Shown here: positions 43,204 to 58,458 of the stretch, in pieces
Position numbering within the stretch: the first letter of the stretch is position 1
How the letters are laid out: every line of letters begins with the position of its first letter
Origin: Malacoraja senta
Taxonomy: Eukaryota
Direction of reading: 5' to 3'
Length of the DNA: 64,000 nt
Assembly: GCA_038087875.1 (NCBI GenBank)
Contig: CM075990.1
Span: forward strand, 2,854,001-2,918,000
The notes under the pieces: generated by a model
What the model was told of the DNA's origin: nothing
Seen by the model: only the letters and a program-made list of their open reading frames with translations
Databases searched by the model: none
Position numbers and translations under genes: made by a program

Positions 43204-45589
43204 GTAGGTGGCGCTGGCTTTGTATATCTCGAGGAAGGAGACTCGCCCGCTTCTGGGCGACTCCAGAGCTGGGAGCGTTAAGACACCCTTTAGCCCAGGA
43301 CACAATTGAAACTTTATTTAAAAAAATACTGTCTGAAACACTGGCCAACGGAACTTTGTTAAACCTTTCTAGGCATTAATTTAGTAGTGACTCGGAATAA
43401 AATGGCTCTTTGATCTTTTCCAAATGAGAGATTATTCGATACTTAATGTGTATGCAAACCCTGCCTCGCCAGTGCTGCCTATATTGAATTAATTTTACTA
43501 CTTACTATTGCGACCCTTCTTGGAATAGAATCAATCGTCTGATTTCTTGGTGACAAATTATTTAATCTATCATCGCACTGCTTGTTTCAAACGATTTCCC
43601 GTCATCGTGTGGTGGATTTTGTAATTGAAATATTTTCTTCGTGGATTCCAACCTCTACCCACCCACTCTCCCCTCCACCCCGCGTGCCCATCCACCAGCA
43701 CCTCGCCCCCCCTCTACTCCCACCCCCTCCCTCTCCCTCCCCTCCGCCCATTCCCATACTTCAAGTAAAATTTTAGTTTGCAAACAATTGGCGCTTTCAC
43801 TACCGCGTTTTAAAGGTGCCCGTTCCTACGACAACAAATCCTAATGTGAAGAATTTTACAGCCAACACTGGTACCAAGATAAACTTAAAGAAAACTTTCA
43901 GGGCATTCAAATCAGTCTTAAGTTTTGATTAAAAAAAAAACATATTTCAAACATAGGGAAACTCAAATTCGTGCTCTGGGTCAATTTTAATAAAATGTAA
44001 TTAATAACTAATGTCAAGTAGAACAGACTGACTTTCGCTGTGAGTTAGTTGGGTGTAGCCAATTTGCAATAAAAGGAATTTTTTCTTTATCTGCGATTCT
44101 TCCCAGCTCCCGGGTAACAGCATGTAAGGGTATAAATTGCCTGTTATTTGTCACCCCTACTAAATGACAGGGAAGGACTGTCGCCCTGTTAAAACAGGTC
44201 GTTCGAGTTGAATCTGTGCACATTCATTTGATCAGTTCCTTAATAACTTGAATGTTATTAAAAGCTTGAAATGTTAATCGACATTGAGCAGAGAAAATGG
44301 CCACTGTCACTTAAAGAGTAAAAAACAAAGCTGCAAATCGGAGCTGGAAGGGAACGTGGTTTTATACCGTGAATAAAAATAGGGACAGATTAGTACAAGG
44401 TGTATTTTATCCCGTGGACAGCGGCGCGGTAGATCCATGTCTATCAGAAGCGAGGATAAGAGTGAACATATTCACCCCGCTGATTCCTCCAAAGTGGTGC
44501 TTTCCCCTGAATTTGATGCCCAGCACTGAAAATATCGATGTTTCCATCAGCCGCAACCACATAAAAGTACCTCTTTATTCAAGGTAGAGTAGGTGGGATC
44601 CTGTACTGTTCATTATCTGCACATCAGTCCTACCCCTTGAGTTTTAGTACCCCAGCCCTGAAAACGCCAACTTTGCACATTGATGGGACCTTGTGATAGT
44701 GGTGCGAAACGCGAAATTAGTAGTCAAAAGAAGCGCCAATACCCCGGAATCATGCCAAGTAATAATAATCCAAGTTATACTGATTGTATAATAATATAAT
44801 TGTCAGTTTAATTGAAGACTGCGAGGCAAACGCACTCGTTATTGATTCTGGGCGCAGTTTAGAGAAGGTATATTTTCAAAAATAAAAAATAAATAAACGA
44901 CCTGATGAAATTTAGAATGGACATCAAGTCTATTATTTGATGTGCAATTGTGTCGCGTCCCTTGGCATGGGAAGGGGTGGGGGAGAGTCCAAGATTTTGG
45001 GGAGTAATGCTTGGATAATCCCGTTCTTCGCTCTTTCATGAACCTATTTCACAGGAAGCTCCCTCGAATCATTTACACTTCAAAGAGGTCCGCCGCCTCG
45101 TCCAACGGAAATTAAAGAAAAATAAAGGTTTTGGGGGGAGGAGAGGGGAGGGGAGTGTGTTTTCAGAGACCGAGAGAGAGAGAGAGTGTTATGGATCACC
45201 TCGAATACCACCGAGGTCCATTGGCAATTCATTTTTATACACTATCCAAAAGAGGCAAATCGCTTCGATTATCCGGTTTATTCACAGTGCCCTTGTCCCG
45301 CTCACTATTTAGCTCTATAATCGTGTTACGTGTAAATATATTGGCCCGATTTTGACGCCTCGCGGTGTTTACACACAGGATTACTCTCAGCAGTATCGTT
45401 GCCTTTGATCTGGATTTACGGGTCTTCTCAGCCGCGGAGCAAGTGCCAATGGTTTAAATGTTAAATGTAGAATCTGACAGAAGACTGGGAGATTGAACTG
45501 GAAAGTTGGGTGTAAATTTGATTACAATGCTTTGACTTGGGGCAATTCCAAATGAAGGGGAAAAAAATCGCACTGAACTTTCTTTATTT

Positions 45590-46100
45590 TAGACAATACA
45601 CAATAGGTGCAGGAGTAGGCCATTCGGCCCTTCGAGCCAGCACCGCCATTCAATGTGATCATGGCTGATCATCCCCAATCAGTACCCCGTTCCTGCCTTC
45701 TCCCCATATCCCCTGACTCCGCTATTTTTAAGAGCCCTATCTATCTCTCTCTTGAAAGCATCCAGGGAACCTGCCTCCACCGCCCTCTGAGGCAGAGAAT
45801 TCAACAGACTCACCACTCTCTGTGAGAAAAAGTGTTTCCTCGTATCCGTTCTAAATGGCTTACTCCTTATTCTTAAACTGTGGCCCCTGGTTCTGGACTC
45901 CCCCAACATCGGGAACATGTTTCCTGCCTCTATCGTGTCCAAACCTTTAACAATCTTATATGTTTCAATGAGATACCCTCTCATCCTTCTAAACTCCAGA
46001 GTGTACAAGCCCAGCCGCTCCATTCTCTCAGCATATGACAGTCCCGCCATCCCGGGAATTAACCTTGTAAACCTACGCTGCACTCCCTCAATAGCAAGAA
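45590..46100 (-). mobile_element. CR1-like LINE 3' fragment with open ORF2 C-terminus
   Basis: ORF 45679-46083 QRRFTRLIPGM..LSY.ER..RLGLY.LEFRRMRG.LIE.YKI...SRTRGHSL is a typical CR1 ORF2 end; related fragments at about 25385-25660 (+) and 54205-54475 (-). Confidence 0.92.
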
Positions 46101-47389
46101 TTTTAAACTTTTAGTTTGGGGCTTGCCATGCTTTTCCCCATTTCACCCTCGAATTTTCGGTACAGTACAAAGATAACCCCGGTAAACTGATGTGACGTGG
46201 AAGACTAGTGCTCCAACTGCTCAAGTTTAGCGGGCAATAGTGTACAGTTGAGTGTGAGAATCTATGTGTGTAAGCAAATCAGACCTTCCCAGTAGTAATG
46301 CTTTCTTATCAAGCGAAATGTTCAACGCTGCGCGCACAAGCGGGCAAGGAATGAGCAGAAGAGGGCATTTGGGCCCTCCGTTTCCTTGCTCTGCTTGGCG
46401 TTGCCGGCTGACCGTATTTAGGAGAAATTAAAGGCGTTCTGCTATCAAGTGTAGTGGGTCTAATTCACAGTCCGAAGAACATTTTGCCTGAAGGAACGAT
46501 TTCTCCCTCCCCCCTTCCCCCCTCCCCTCCCCCATTTATCTCCCATCCTTCCTTATCTCTGACCCCTCCCAAAGATTTCTGCCTCTTTACCTTTCTGCGT
46601 GTGGCTGTGTGACAGTTCAATAAGGAGAAAGCAGGGACAAAATAAACGTTATATCCAATCTGGTCACGCAACATCAGTAATAGCCTATACCCCCCCCCCC
46701 CCCCCCACCCGCCCGGTTTGAATGCTAATAGCGCCCGTGTTAAGGTACTTTCCAGCCAGCCCCCAATTAAGAGTTTTGTAAACTGTTAACTTTTCTTTAT
46801 ACTGCCTTCTCGGGGGGGGGGGGGGGTGGGACCCATTCCAATTTCAACCCATGCGGATATCACGGGTTAACTGGTCGGTGAGTAGATATCAGGGTGCACC
46901 TTACGTGAACTTGTTGGACATTTATTTTTCTTTATACACATTTACACCTCCCAAGTCTAAATGTTCCAGTTTGAAAAGATCGCCGTACGTTGCACAAACT
47001 AGCAGGAAGAACTGAGATGGCGAGTTTGATAGATTTAACTAACATTTAGCCCTGTTGGGGGATTATAAATGTGGTTTCTCTACACAAGGCATTGGACATA
47101 ACCCGGAACAACTGGGTGAGCTTTTCTTTATACCAACGCACTACTTAGTTACATTTGCTAGCATTGAACAGCAACAGTGTACATGGGCGTTTGCGTGTTT
47201 CAATACCGGTTTGTGCGCGCCCATTCCATTACACCCTCCGGTTTAAAGGTTAGCAAGTCATGTTCGCCGAGGCAGTCACGACTTGTGTGAGATCTGAATA
47301 CCTCAGGCACCTGTAGCGAAGGCACAGGGCACATACACACACTAAAGATTATACAGGCGTTCACACAAGGCGGGTATGCAAGCACAGTC

Positions 47390-47705
<316 letters not shown>

Positions 47706-47740
47706 ACATACATAGACATCCAAACACACATGCTCAAGCA

Positions 47741-47948
47741 AAGAGTAGAAACAAGGAACTGCAGATGCTGTTTATAAAATAAGATACAAAGTGCTGGAGT
47801 AACTCAGTGGATCAGGCAGCATCTCTGGAGAACATGGATAGGTGACGTCTCGGGTCGGGACCCTTCTTCAGTCCGAAACGTTACCTATTCCGTTTATCCA
47901 GAGGTGCTACCTGACCCGCAGAGTTACTCCAGCACTTCGTGTCTTCTC
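47741..47948. mobile_element. Fold-back Penelope-like short element
   Basis: Inverted arms; TSD TGCTCAAGCA at 47731-47740 and 47949-47958. Confidence 0.75.
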
Positions 47949-48271
47949 TGCTCAAGCAGACATTAATAAAACAGGTACATGGATGACAGGTACACAATCT
48001 TGCACACACACTCATATTAAGAAACACATATACACAAACATGCACACCTAAATATTAGCACACCCTATAGGTCTATATATGTGTGTGTGTATCCACAGTG
48101 ACTCCGAGGGCGAATTTAAAAAAATGCCACACGTGTAGGTTTACACAGATAAGTAGAATTGTAGCTGGATTAAGAAACATGATACCAAACGCGTTTACTA
48201 TTTCCCACACAGGCAGGTACAAACAAACATACAGACAGTCAGGTGCATGAGCCTTCACTCTGATAAGAGAC

Positions 48272-48275
<4 letters not shown>

Positions 48276-48357
<82 letters not shown>

Positions 48358-48370
48358 CACACGCACGCAC

Positions 48371-48447
<77 letters not shown>

Positions 48448-48469
48448 GACGCACACACACACACACACA

Positions 48470-48502
<33 letters not shown>

Positions 48503-48507
48503 GCAGA

Positions 48508-48567
<60 letters not shown>

Positions 48568-48570
48568 ACA

Positions 48571-48621
<51 letters not shown>

Positions 48622-48623
48622 CA

Positions 48624-48665
<42 letters not shown>
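48276..48665. repeat. (CA)n microsatellite
   Basis: Direct reading. Confidence 0.97.
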
Positions 48666-48666
<1 letters not shown>

Positions 48667-51163
48667 GGACACAGTGTCCGCCACTCTGAATGCGCTTTGC
48701 TATGAAATGAATGAGAAGTTGGCCTATAAATTATTCCGGAATCTCTGTGTACACCTACCAGTTTTACTTGAAATTTGAATTTGCTGATGGACTCTTTTTT
48801 TCTCTCCTGGGTGGGTGTTGAAAGAATGGAGAGAGAGAGACTCAGGTTTCGAGTGGGGAAGCTTATGTGGTGCAAGAGAGCTTGGTAAAGAGGAAACAAT
48901 TGTCACCGATGGCTAAAAGTAAAGGGACATCTAAATTAACTCCATTTAACCCTGTTGGGGATCATGAATGTGGTTTCTTTACAGAAGCCACTGGCATAAC
49001 CAAAAACAAGCGGGAGAACATTTGTTTATGCCCACGCACTAGTTGGTTGTATTTGCTAACATTAAACAGCAAAGTGTAAATGTGACCACATTGAACAGCG
49101 AAGTCTAATTATACTCAACTTTTCAGTTTCACTTGCATAGACAAGTGATCTCCCGAAAATAGAACAATAGGGTAAAATATAAAATACATAAATGGTGGGG
49201 GTGGGGGATGGGGGGGGGGGCTTTTAAAAGAAAACATCTGAATGAGAATAAGTGCAAGTTGTCCGCGTTCTATTTATCACCTGTGTTGCATGCACAAAGG
49301 CTTTTAAACAATGTACCACTGATTTAAATCCCATTGTCCTAATGCACTTTAACACACATGGAAGGAATATGACAACCATTAGGGGGAATACAGACCATTT
49401 GTGGAATTATAGACTATGTTTGGCTTTGAAATCATTTTTTCCACTAACTCCGGGAGTACTGTTTTGGTTAGCAGATAATTGGTGGGAAATTGTAATATGG
49501 CAATTGATGCTCACAGAGATTAAAGCCCCCCAAAAAAGAGTGTCGACGCCTAATTAAAAGCTGTTTGAGCGAGTGACAGAAATCCATTGGTCTTTAGCAT
49601 CAGCTGTTTAACTGTTTCTAGTGGCTGGCTTGGGCCACAAGCCCTATTCGGAGACCGGGCTTAATAGCTTCCAGCCTAGCCTGAGCAACCGGGCGGTCGC
49701 CGGGCGCTTTTTTCACTTTCCCCAATCCGGCCAGGTGCGCCGTTACTCAGCGCAGACTAGTTCGCAGCAGTCACAGCCCAGCTCCCAGTGTCGGAGGCGG
49801 CTTTAAAGCGATCGATGTATTTAAGCCTCTGTAGGACGTGCTGCCAATAGGTGTGAGTTTTGCCACATAACCTCTCTTTGGTACAGTTATTGGAACATTT
49901 CATTGTGTGTAACCCGGTAAATATTGACGCGATGATTTACCGTTTAACGGGGTGGGAGGGGGGGGGGGGGTTGTGGGAGAGGAGGTAAAAGTGAACGGTT
50001 GCTATAAGGTGGTGTTTGCTTTAACAGTTGGGGGGACGTTATGGAGGAGAATTGATCCATTAATTAATACAAATTAATAATTTATTGCAAACATTTTCAT
50101 GATAAGCGGAATGTATTTGACAGCGCCGGGTGTTACAAACTGAGTATGATATTGTGTGATTGAAGTTTTGCAAAACGGCTGGGCAAATTTATAGCTGAAT
50201 ATTTAGTGTGTGCTGTCTTGTATCCGTTTAAAAAGTTACCAAGAGTGCCTGAGAAAGCCAGCAAAATTTAAACGGCCAAGCGCGCTTTATTTCCAGCGGT
50301 GGGCTTGTCAATCAATCACCTCTATCGATACATCAATCATTGTGTCAATTAATATATCATATTAGAAGCTCGCTGTGATTATCTATTTATTTATTTATTT
50401 GGCTGCATTACTCTACGCGAGGCGGCGGCGATCGCGGCGAAGGCGGTCTGCGGGATTAAATTCAATTTCTTCGTTAGCGTTTAATCAAAATAATTGGTGT
50501 AATAGTGTCGCTTCGCCGTGCTTAGAATAATGGGAGCTGGGGGCACGGATCTCTCGCCCGGTTGCCGATGAGATTCTCAGAAGATGTGCCCTGTGTTTAA
50601 ATCACATTTCTATGCATTTCTAACCAAACGCGTGGAGCATTTTTAATATCCACACACAGAATGCTCTGCACATTTTCAGATAACATATTCCCGCTTTAGT
50701 GTTTAACGCCGAACGTTACACTCGGCAGAAAGGGATAAAAAGCCTGAGAGTATTCACCATTGAAAATAATTGCCACACAGCTGTGACTTCGTATTTATTT
50801 AAAATTAATTAGCATCACGTAACATCAACTCATCTCGGCTTTGCTTCACTGAAACGCAACATTTTTTTTTTAAACGTACCAGTATAGTTATATATTCGAG
50901 ATTGTTAGTTTTGTTCCGGGCAGTGACCCAATTCGCGATTTGAGGCAAAGTTTTGGCGTTTCAAAGGCACGGGTTCGCGTTGAGAAAATAATTGCATTGT
51001 TTTGATGCCGTGCTTTTTAGACAATGTTATAAGAACTGCAAGACAGCAGGCATTGAATTGCAAGTGTGTGTTAAAATAGGCTGTTTGATGCGAGGGCCAT
51101 GTGGACAGACAAGACTGCAAGACTTTACAATTCTCAACATACTCACACACGATTATACAATGT

Positions 51164-51305
51164 GTGGGAAGGAACTGCAGATGCTGGTTTACACCGAACA
51201 TGGGCACAAAATGCTGGAGTAACTCGGTGGGACAGGCAGCATCTCTGGAGAGAAGGAATGGGTGACGTTTCGGGTCGAGACCCTTCTTCAGACCTTCTTC
51301 ACAGT
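51164..51305 (-). mobile_element. Penelope-like short element
   Basis: Consensus-like single arm; TSD TTATACAATGT at 51153-51163 and 51306-51316. Confidence 0.78.
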
Positions 51306-52889
51306 TTATACAATGTTCAGATTTAAAGCAGTACCTATATCTGCTTTAATGGACACACACACACACACACACACCGCCATAAATACACGCACACATGTCT
51401 CTCAATGAACGGTGTGTTGATATGTTTTTAGCTCCCCCTCTGTGGGATGTTGTGCATTCACGGGGGGTGGGGGGTGGGGGGTGGGGGGGCATTTTGGTGT
51501 GAAGTGAAGTTTAGTTCTGCAGGGATCCCCACCTCGCCTGGCCTCTCTCCCTTTCCGCCAGAGTAGACGGAGCGAGGCAAGCGCATCGGAAAGTGCAACA
51601 ATATCGACCGCGGCAGACTGACTGGTCGGGGGGCAACCTCACCTTAGCGCTCCCATAGAACAGCAAAAACTCATTCACAAAAAAAACTTGGACCCCTGCA
51701 ACAAAACTGCCCCTATCTCCCAGGGAGGGGGCTGCTTTCATTCGCCCTTCCGTTCCTGCAGCTTTCTTTAAGGGGGGGGGGGATAACAACCAAACGGCGC
51801 TGACTAAAATCACAACTATCCCATCGCAAATAAACACAGGATTCGTATTTTATAGTGATCCTCGGGATTTCGGATTGGCGTCAGTAGAAGTTGCATATTT
51901 ATAACGAGTGTTCAATTAAGCCAGATGGACACTCGGTTTAATTGTACACTCGACACAATTGTACTTGTTTTTGTTTTAATTTCGTCATAATTAATTAGAT
52001 CATTACAGCGGCTTTGTACTGCCCGCTTTAATTTAACACGAAAATGGATCGGCCGGTGACCGTCCAGTCGCTTTACGAATTCCTACAACCGAAAATGCTT
52101 CGAAATTCTCTTCATCATTCTCAAATGAAAAGTCTAGAAGGTGACTTTTTCTGTTGCCTGAGTCTGACAGCGGCCGAGGGACGAGCTTTATTCCTGCCTA
52201 CCTATGGAGCTGAAACTCAGAGAAACGTAAGAAAAGGAATCCGTCTATTTCCACCTGCGTTTTGATCTGTAATTAGTGATAAGTAACTATTGTCAAAAGT
52301 CCGCCAAAGAAATAAAAAAAATAATCACAGTCCCAGGGAAAGAAAATTGTAACAACAAAACAGTCCATAGATGCGAACGGCAGGCTGAGGAGATTAATGC
52401 ATTTAAAAATCAATTTAAGAAAGCAAAATACGTTGGAAAACATTAAGTCTGAATAAAATCTCCGAAATATTTGGAAAATGAATGGACAATAAGAATAACT
52501 TTAAGGTTCGGAAGTAATTGTGCGTTCAAACTTCAATGTAACGTTAAATAGAGTTGTGATTAGGAAACGAATATTAAGTCAGCGCTGTTTAAAGGAAAAT
52601 TAATCAGTTATACTGTACCGCCTTTTACCCTTAAAAGAAACAAAGGGGTCACAAACAGAGCTGCAAATCCCTTTAAACCGACCAAAACAACGGGTCTAAT
52701 TTCATCGGCAGGCAGGGAGCTGCGCCAGGTAGTCTGTCCACCCGCGGAGGTGTGGGGAAGGCCGCCGAGCCCATCGGCGTAAACTGCTTCTGCTGTGATA
52801 TTAACATGTGCAGGCTGGACGAGCGCAGGTCCCTGGCTGGCCCTGAATTGTAGCTCCAACTCTCCTGAATACAACAACCCCCATAGACT

Positions 52890-52928
52890 GAGAGAGAGGG
52901 AGGTAGAGTGGTGGAGAGGTAGAGAGGT

Positions 52929-53027
<99 letters not shown>

Positions 53028-53279
53028 TAGAGAGAGAAAGAGAGAGAGAAAGAGAGAGCGAGAGATAGAGAGAGAGAGAGAGACAGAAGAGAGAGACAGA
53101 GAGATGAGAGGGAGAAGGAGAGATGGAGAGGGAGACAGACACAGAGGGGGAGAGAGAGAGGGGGAGAGAGAGAGAGGGGGAGAGAGAGAGAGAAATGGAG
53201 AGAGAGGGGGAGAGAGAGAGAGGGGGGGAGAGGGAGAGGGAGAGGGAGAGGGAGAGGGAGAGGGAGAGGGAGAGAGAGA
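52890..53279. repeat. (GA)n/(GGGAGA)n polypurine tract
   Basis: Direct reading. Confidence 0.95.
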
Positions 53280-56200
53280 AGCAAACACACCTCTCTAGCC
53301 CAGTTCAAATAAACAACTTGACATGCCGGGTAAGCCTACCTGATCGCCCTGTCCCGTGAGCCGTGCCGAGATTTGCTTAATGGTCTGTTTCCCGACGCAC
53401 CCACTAAACCTATGCGGGATCCTTAACTTTCTCGTTGGTTTACTGCGCGCTTCTCTGCTCCTGCTGCTCTGGGATTCTTTCTCTCCCTTATTACTTTAGT
53501 ACGAAATTCCCCACCCCCTTCTCCCCACACCGCATGTGCCTATTTTTTCTCTCCTTAATATCCTCTCCCTCTACCTACGAGCCACCGAAAGTGAATGGTA
53601 AATACTGTATACCAAAGCTGCACTGTTGACGCGAATGGCTAAAACAGCAAGTTGTGATTTCGCTCAGTGTAGTGTTATTAGTGCAGGGATGCAAATGATT
53701 GGCAAGTGGTGGGGGGGGGGCGGATTTAGAAGAAAAACTATCCAATTTCAAGCGGGCTCCTGGGCAAAGTAGCAAAAGGAGAAGGTAAGAGGTGGATGAG
53801 GCAGGATATATCCTTGTCCCTGTTTACAATGCGAGGCACTTTAGATGCTTGTTGATGGGTCAGCCTGTTTGGCAACTGGTCTAAAAGTTAAGGAAGGGAG
53901 GGGTGAAACGTCAAAGGTGAGGGGGTGCCTGGAAAACAGTAACTTCAGTTAGTTCGCAGTATGGGACTCGCTTTTTCCGCACTTACCTTATTGAAAGAGA
54001 GATGCTGATTGTCTGCGGGGCCACGACCAACCTGCAGTTAAAGAGGATGCAATTTGCAACATGCTATCGACACACACTTCCCAAAATAGAGAGGGAGCCA
54101 GCCATTATCCCGCGGCACCCTTTCACACCGGGCATTAATAACCTCTAGGATCAGAATTAGGCCATTCGGCCCATCAAGTCTACTCACAACTGTATCTCAT
54201 GGTATGACAATAGACAATAGAAAATAGGTGCAGGAGCAGGCCATTTGGCCCTTCGAGCCAGCACCACCATTCAATGTGATCATGGCTGATCATCCCCAAC
54301 CAGTACCCCGTTCCTGCCTTCTCCCCATATCCCCGGACTCCGCTATTTTAAGAGCCCTATCTAGCTCTCTCTTGAAAGCATCCAGAGAACCTGCCTCCAC
54401 CGCCCTCTGAGGCAGAGAATTTCACAAACTCACAACTCTCTGTGAGAAAAAGTGTTTCCTTGTCTCCGTTCTAAAGAATTAGGTATGTAGGCTGTACCCT
54501 GCCCACCATTGAAGTATAGATACTAAGCCCAATGCTCTAGTAGTTACGTTCATTGGCTCATTAGGAGCAGAATTGGCCCATCAAGTCTACTCCGCCATTC
54601 AGTCATGGCTGATCTATCTTTCCCTCTCAACCCCATTCTCCTGCTTCTCCCCATAACCCCTGACGCCCGTACTAATCACCCTGACTCCCCAGAGCCGCAA
54701 CGCTAACTCATCAACAAGTTGGACGAATAATACAAGTGATCATTAAACATAACCCGTTAATATATTTCCATTTCGAAAGAAACAGAGATCGACGCAGCAA
54801 TTTCGCATTGAAAGGTCAAGTGAGCTTGATGGCCTGTGCCAATTGCCAAAGTTTCATGCTAATGACTCCCGTCAGTCAGTGCAATGTAACATAAAATTCC
54901 ACCATCGGAATAAAAGCTTGATCGGAACTAGAGTTTAGTGTTTGAATTAGGATCAAGATTCGTGAGTGTGTTTCGGAGTTGGGCACGGTGTAGAGTTTGG
55001 TTTTTAACGTTGGAGTTAGTGTTGATTAGTCAGATGGTGGTGAATCTGTGGACGGCTGTGGAGGGCGACAATTGATATTATTAAGGCGGGGATGAATACA
55101 TTCTTGATTAGTACGGGTAATGGGGAGAAGGCAGGAGAATAGTGAGAGGGAAAGATATAGATCGGCCATGGTTGGATGGCGGAGTAGACTTGATGGGCCG
55201 GAATGGCCCAATTCTGCTCCTAGAACCTATAAACCTATTGGGCGGCATAGCCCATGAGGCAGAGTTAGGGCGGTGATGAAGAATGAGGATTGAAGGTCTT
55301 TGGAGTTGCAAGGGGTTAGATTTCCACAGGGGGTTGTGGGTGGAATTGGTGTTAGGGGCGGCGTCATTGTCAGATCAGTCTGAAGAAGGGTCCCGAACCG
55401 AATCGTCACCTATCCATGTACCACAGAGATGCTGCATGACCCGCTTTGTTACTCCAGCACGTTTTGTCCTTTTGTGTGCTCTTGTGTTATTTATGGGCAT
55501 ATGACATCAATGGTGATGTGGTGTGTGGGACAAGAGATGGCGTTTGGTATTCCCAACGATTTGAGGACAGGTTCGCGGGTTATTAGATCATTGGCAAATG
55601 ATATTTGTCATTGTTTACACTTGTGTTTTCTGTGCATATATTCTCGAGGTGTGGTTGTGTTAGAAACAAGGGAGGCGGATGGAGTTCGGGTCGGGATTAG
55701 GGATTAGGGATGGCGTTGGTATGGTGTAGAATCAGGATGCCTAGGTTGGCGTTAGCCTTGGGTATGGTACTGGGTGGGGATTGGATTTAAATTTGACGCG
55801 ATAGCTGGACAGATTTCTAAGGTTAGGCTTGGCTAAACCTTTGGCCACTAGAGGTGAAACAATCAAACGTCCTCCTCGTTTGTAGACGTAACATTATTTG
55901 TGTACGTTTTAGGAAGTTTGCTTGTAGCAGTCTTGATGGGCCATCACTCGTGAACTGAGATTATTGATCCCTGCCCTTTGTAACAACACTCGCGCCGCAC
56001 AGATAGATTTAATATCGCCCCGAAACCCATTCATCCATCTTTTCGAAAAGTGACAACGAATGTCAGTACGTGAAGGGTTAAAGTTCATCGCTTCTCCTTC
56101 CTATCTGGGCAAAGTTTTCGACGTAAAACGAATATCAGGCAGAATTTGAAAACCGATCAACGTGGCCGCGTATAATATCGATACAACCCAAATAAATGAG

Positions 56201-57542
56201 ATAAAGGGAATTCGAGGGGGAAAGAATAAACGAAACAAACGTGACATTAATTTAAATTTAAAAAACTAAATTACAAATATCTTTTAAAGTATCTTGGGAC
56301 GGTCTGTTATTTTTCTGCTTAGAAGTCATATGTGTGGATTGCCCGTCCGCGGGAGGGTGCTGCCGTTCAGTTCAAAATTCAATGAGAGTTCAGGGACGGT
56401 CGCGTCATTTCTCTCCTTTTAGTCAGCTGGTTTATCCTCAGCTGGTAGATGGACTGGCCATCTGCATATTGTGGCTGTCTGTTCCTGCAACAGCTACAAA
56501 CAGAACGACTGTGGGGCTTTTGGGGAGGAAGCGGCGAGCCGCAGCTGAGGGAGCAGTGAGCGGGTTCAGGGCTCATCTTAAACCAAAAGTCGGAGCTCTT
56601 CACAAATCGTTCCAACGCGACCATTCGCGCACTTTGTGTGCAATTTGATGTTATTCACAAATCTGCACCACACATTAGAAAGCGAATTGCAGGGTGCAGG
56701 GAAATTGCAAGTAAAATTGACGATGAACAAATCATTTTTCTCCTTGTTTTATAAGACAGCGAGGGCTGACAAATACTCTTTGTCTTCCTCTGTTTAAGAA
56801 CATTCGTTAAATATCAGCGCCAGTTAGAATAATTCTTTGTTGCTCCACTGGTCGGTGTTATTATTGTTTAAAAACTAGATTTTTGATGGACAATAACGTG
56901 GGCGAGATTAGAGAGAACCCTAGAAACGACACCAATTATTATCCAGATCAACTTTATTTATATAAAGTTGTTAAAATCGCCGTTCTAACTTCACTGACAG
57001 TATATAAATTAAAAGATTACACAATAAGTACGATCTACAGACTCCCTGACACTAGCTTTTCGACCATTCACACCACCAATTCCATTTATAATTCCCAACG
57101 AAATTGGCCGAGTGGAATATTTCGGATTCCGAGTATTTCCAGAGAGCGGTTGGCGATGACTGACTCCTTCGGAAAAGTCAAAGAAGGAATCAACTAAATA
57201 ATATAACAACGGACCACACATACGCACACACATCGACGCACACACAGACAAGCTGCAAATATGCACAGAAAACGCAAGTGTAAATAAATGGACAAATATG
57301 TTTGCCAATGATCTAATAATCTTTAGCACCTACCGATAAATCGGTTCAGCAAAACATTTATAGAGTCTATGTACATAATGTACACATAGAGCCCTCTGTG
57401 CATACATATAGACTCTATGGATTTTATATCTACATTCATTTTACATTACTTACATTTACTTACTTTGTAATTGCTATATATACAGTAATGTATAGGTACA
57501 CATATATACGTGTACTGTATATTGCTATATATAGGTTAAAGA

Positions 57543-57544
<2 letters not shown>

Positions 57545-57574
<30 letters not shown>

Positions 57575-57767
57575 GCGTGTGTGCCTGTGTGTCTGTATGT
57601 GTGTGTCTGTGTGTGTGTGTGTCTGTGTGTCTGTGTGTGTGTGTGTCTGTGTGTGTGTGCCTGTGTGTGTGTGTATGTGTGTGTCTGTGTGTGTGTGTGT
57701 GTGCCTGTGTGTGTGAGTGTCTGTATGTGTGTGTGAGTGTCTGTATGTGTGTGTGTGTGTCTGTGTG
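57545..57767. repeat. (TA)n then interrupted (TG)n microsatellite
   Basis: Direct reading. Confidence 0.93.
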
Positions 57768-58095
57768 ACAATCTATTACCATATGTATAGTAATATATAG
57801 TACACATATATACACATATCTATATATTGGCCTCTACAAATACTATATATTTTACTTTGTAATTACTGTATATAGTAATATATAATACACTGTATGTACT
57901 GTATGCCATATATATAGTATATATAGTATTTATGTGTATATATGGTAATATAGACAACAAAGTGCTGGGGTAACTCATACAGTAGTGTATAGCACACATA
58001 TGCATGTACTATATATTGTGCTCTCTCTCTATATATATATATATTACTTTGTAATTGCTATATATATATTTGGTGGGTGTGTATACATATATATG

Positions 58096-58148
<53 letters not shown>

Positions 58149-58365
58149 TACGTATATATATAGCAAATATATATGTTTGATAAGACCAATGTTTGATAAG
58201 ACCAATATACTTATATCAACCAATTATGTTTGATAAGACCAATATACATAACTTACTTTGTAATATAGTAATTACAATTATAAAATGTAATATAGTCCAA
58301 ATATATACATGTACCATATAGTGCTATATACATATATAACTTGGTAATTGCTATATATATACGTA

Positions 58366-58458
<93 letters not shown>

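Noticed and set aside
51462..51490. G-quadruplex-capable and poly-G/C runs here and at several other sites
   Set aside because: They are common homopolymers with no positional pattern, and their length is unreliable in assemblies.
56334..57329. ORFs of 81-106 aa, including a minus-strand one containing IGGVNGR
   Set aside because: No recognisable homology, and the splice signals are unconvincing. The resemblance to the paired-domain GGVFVNGR is too short to be meaningful.
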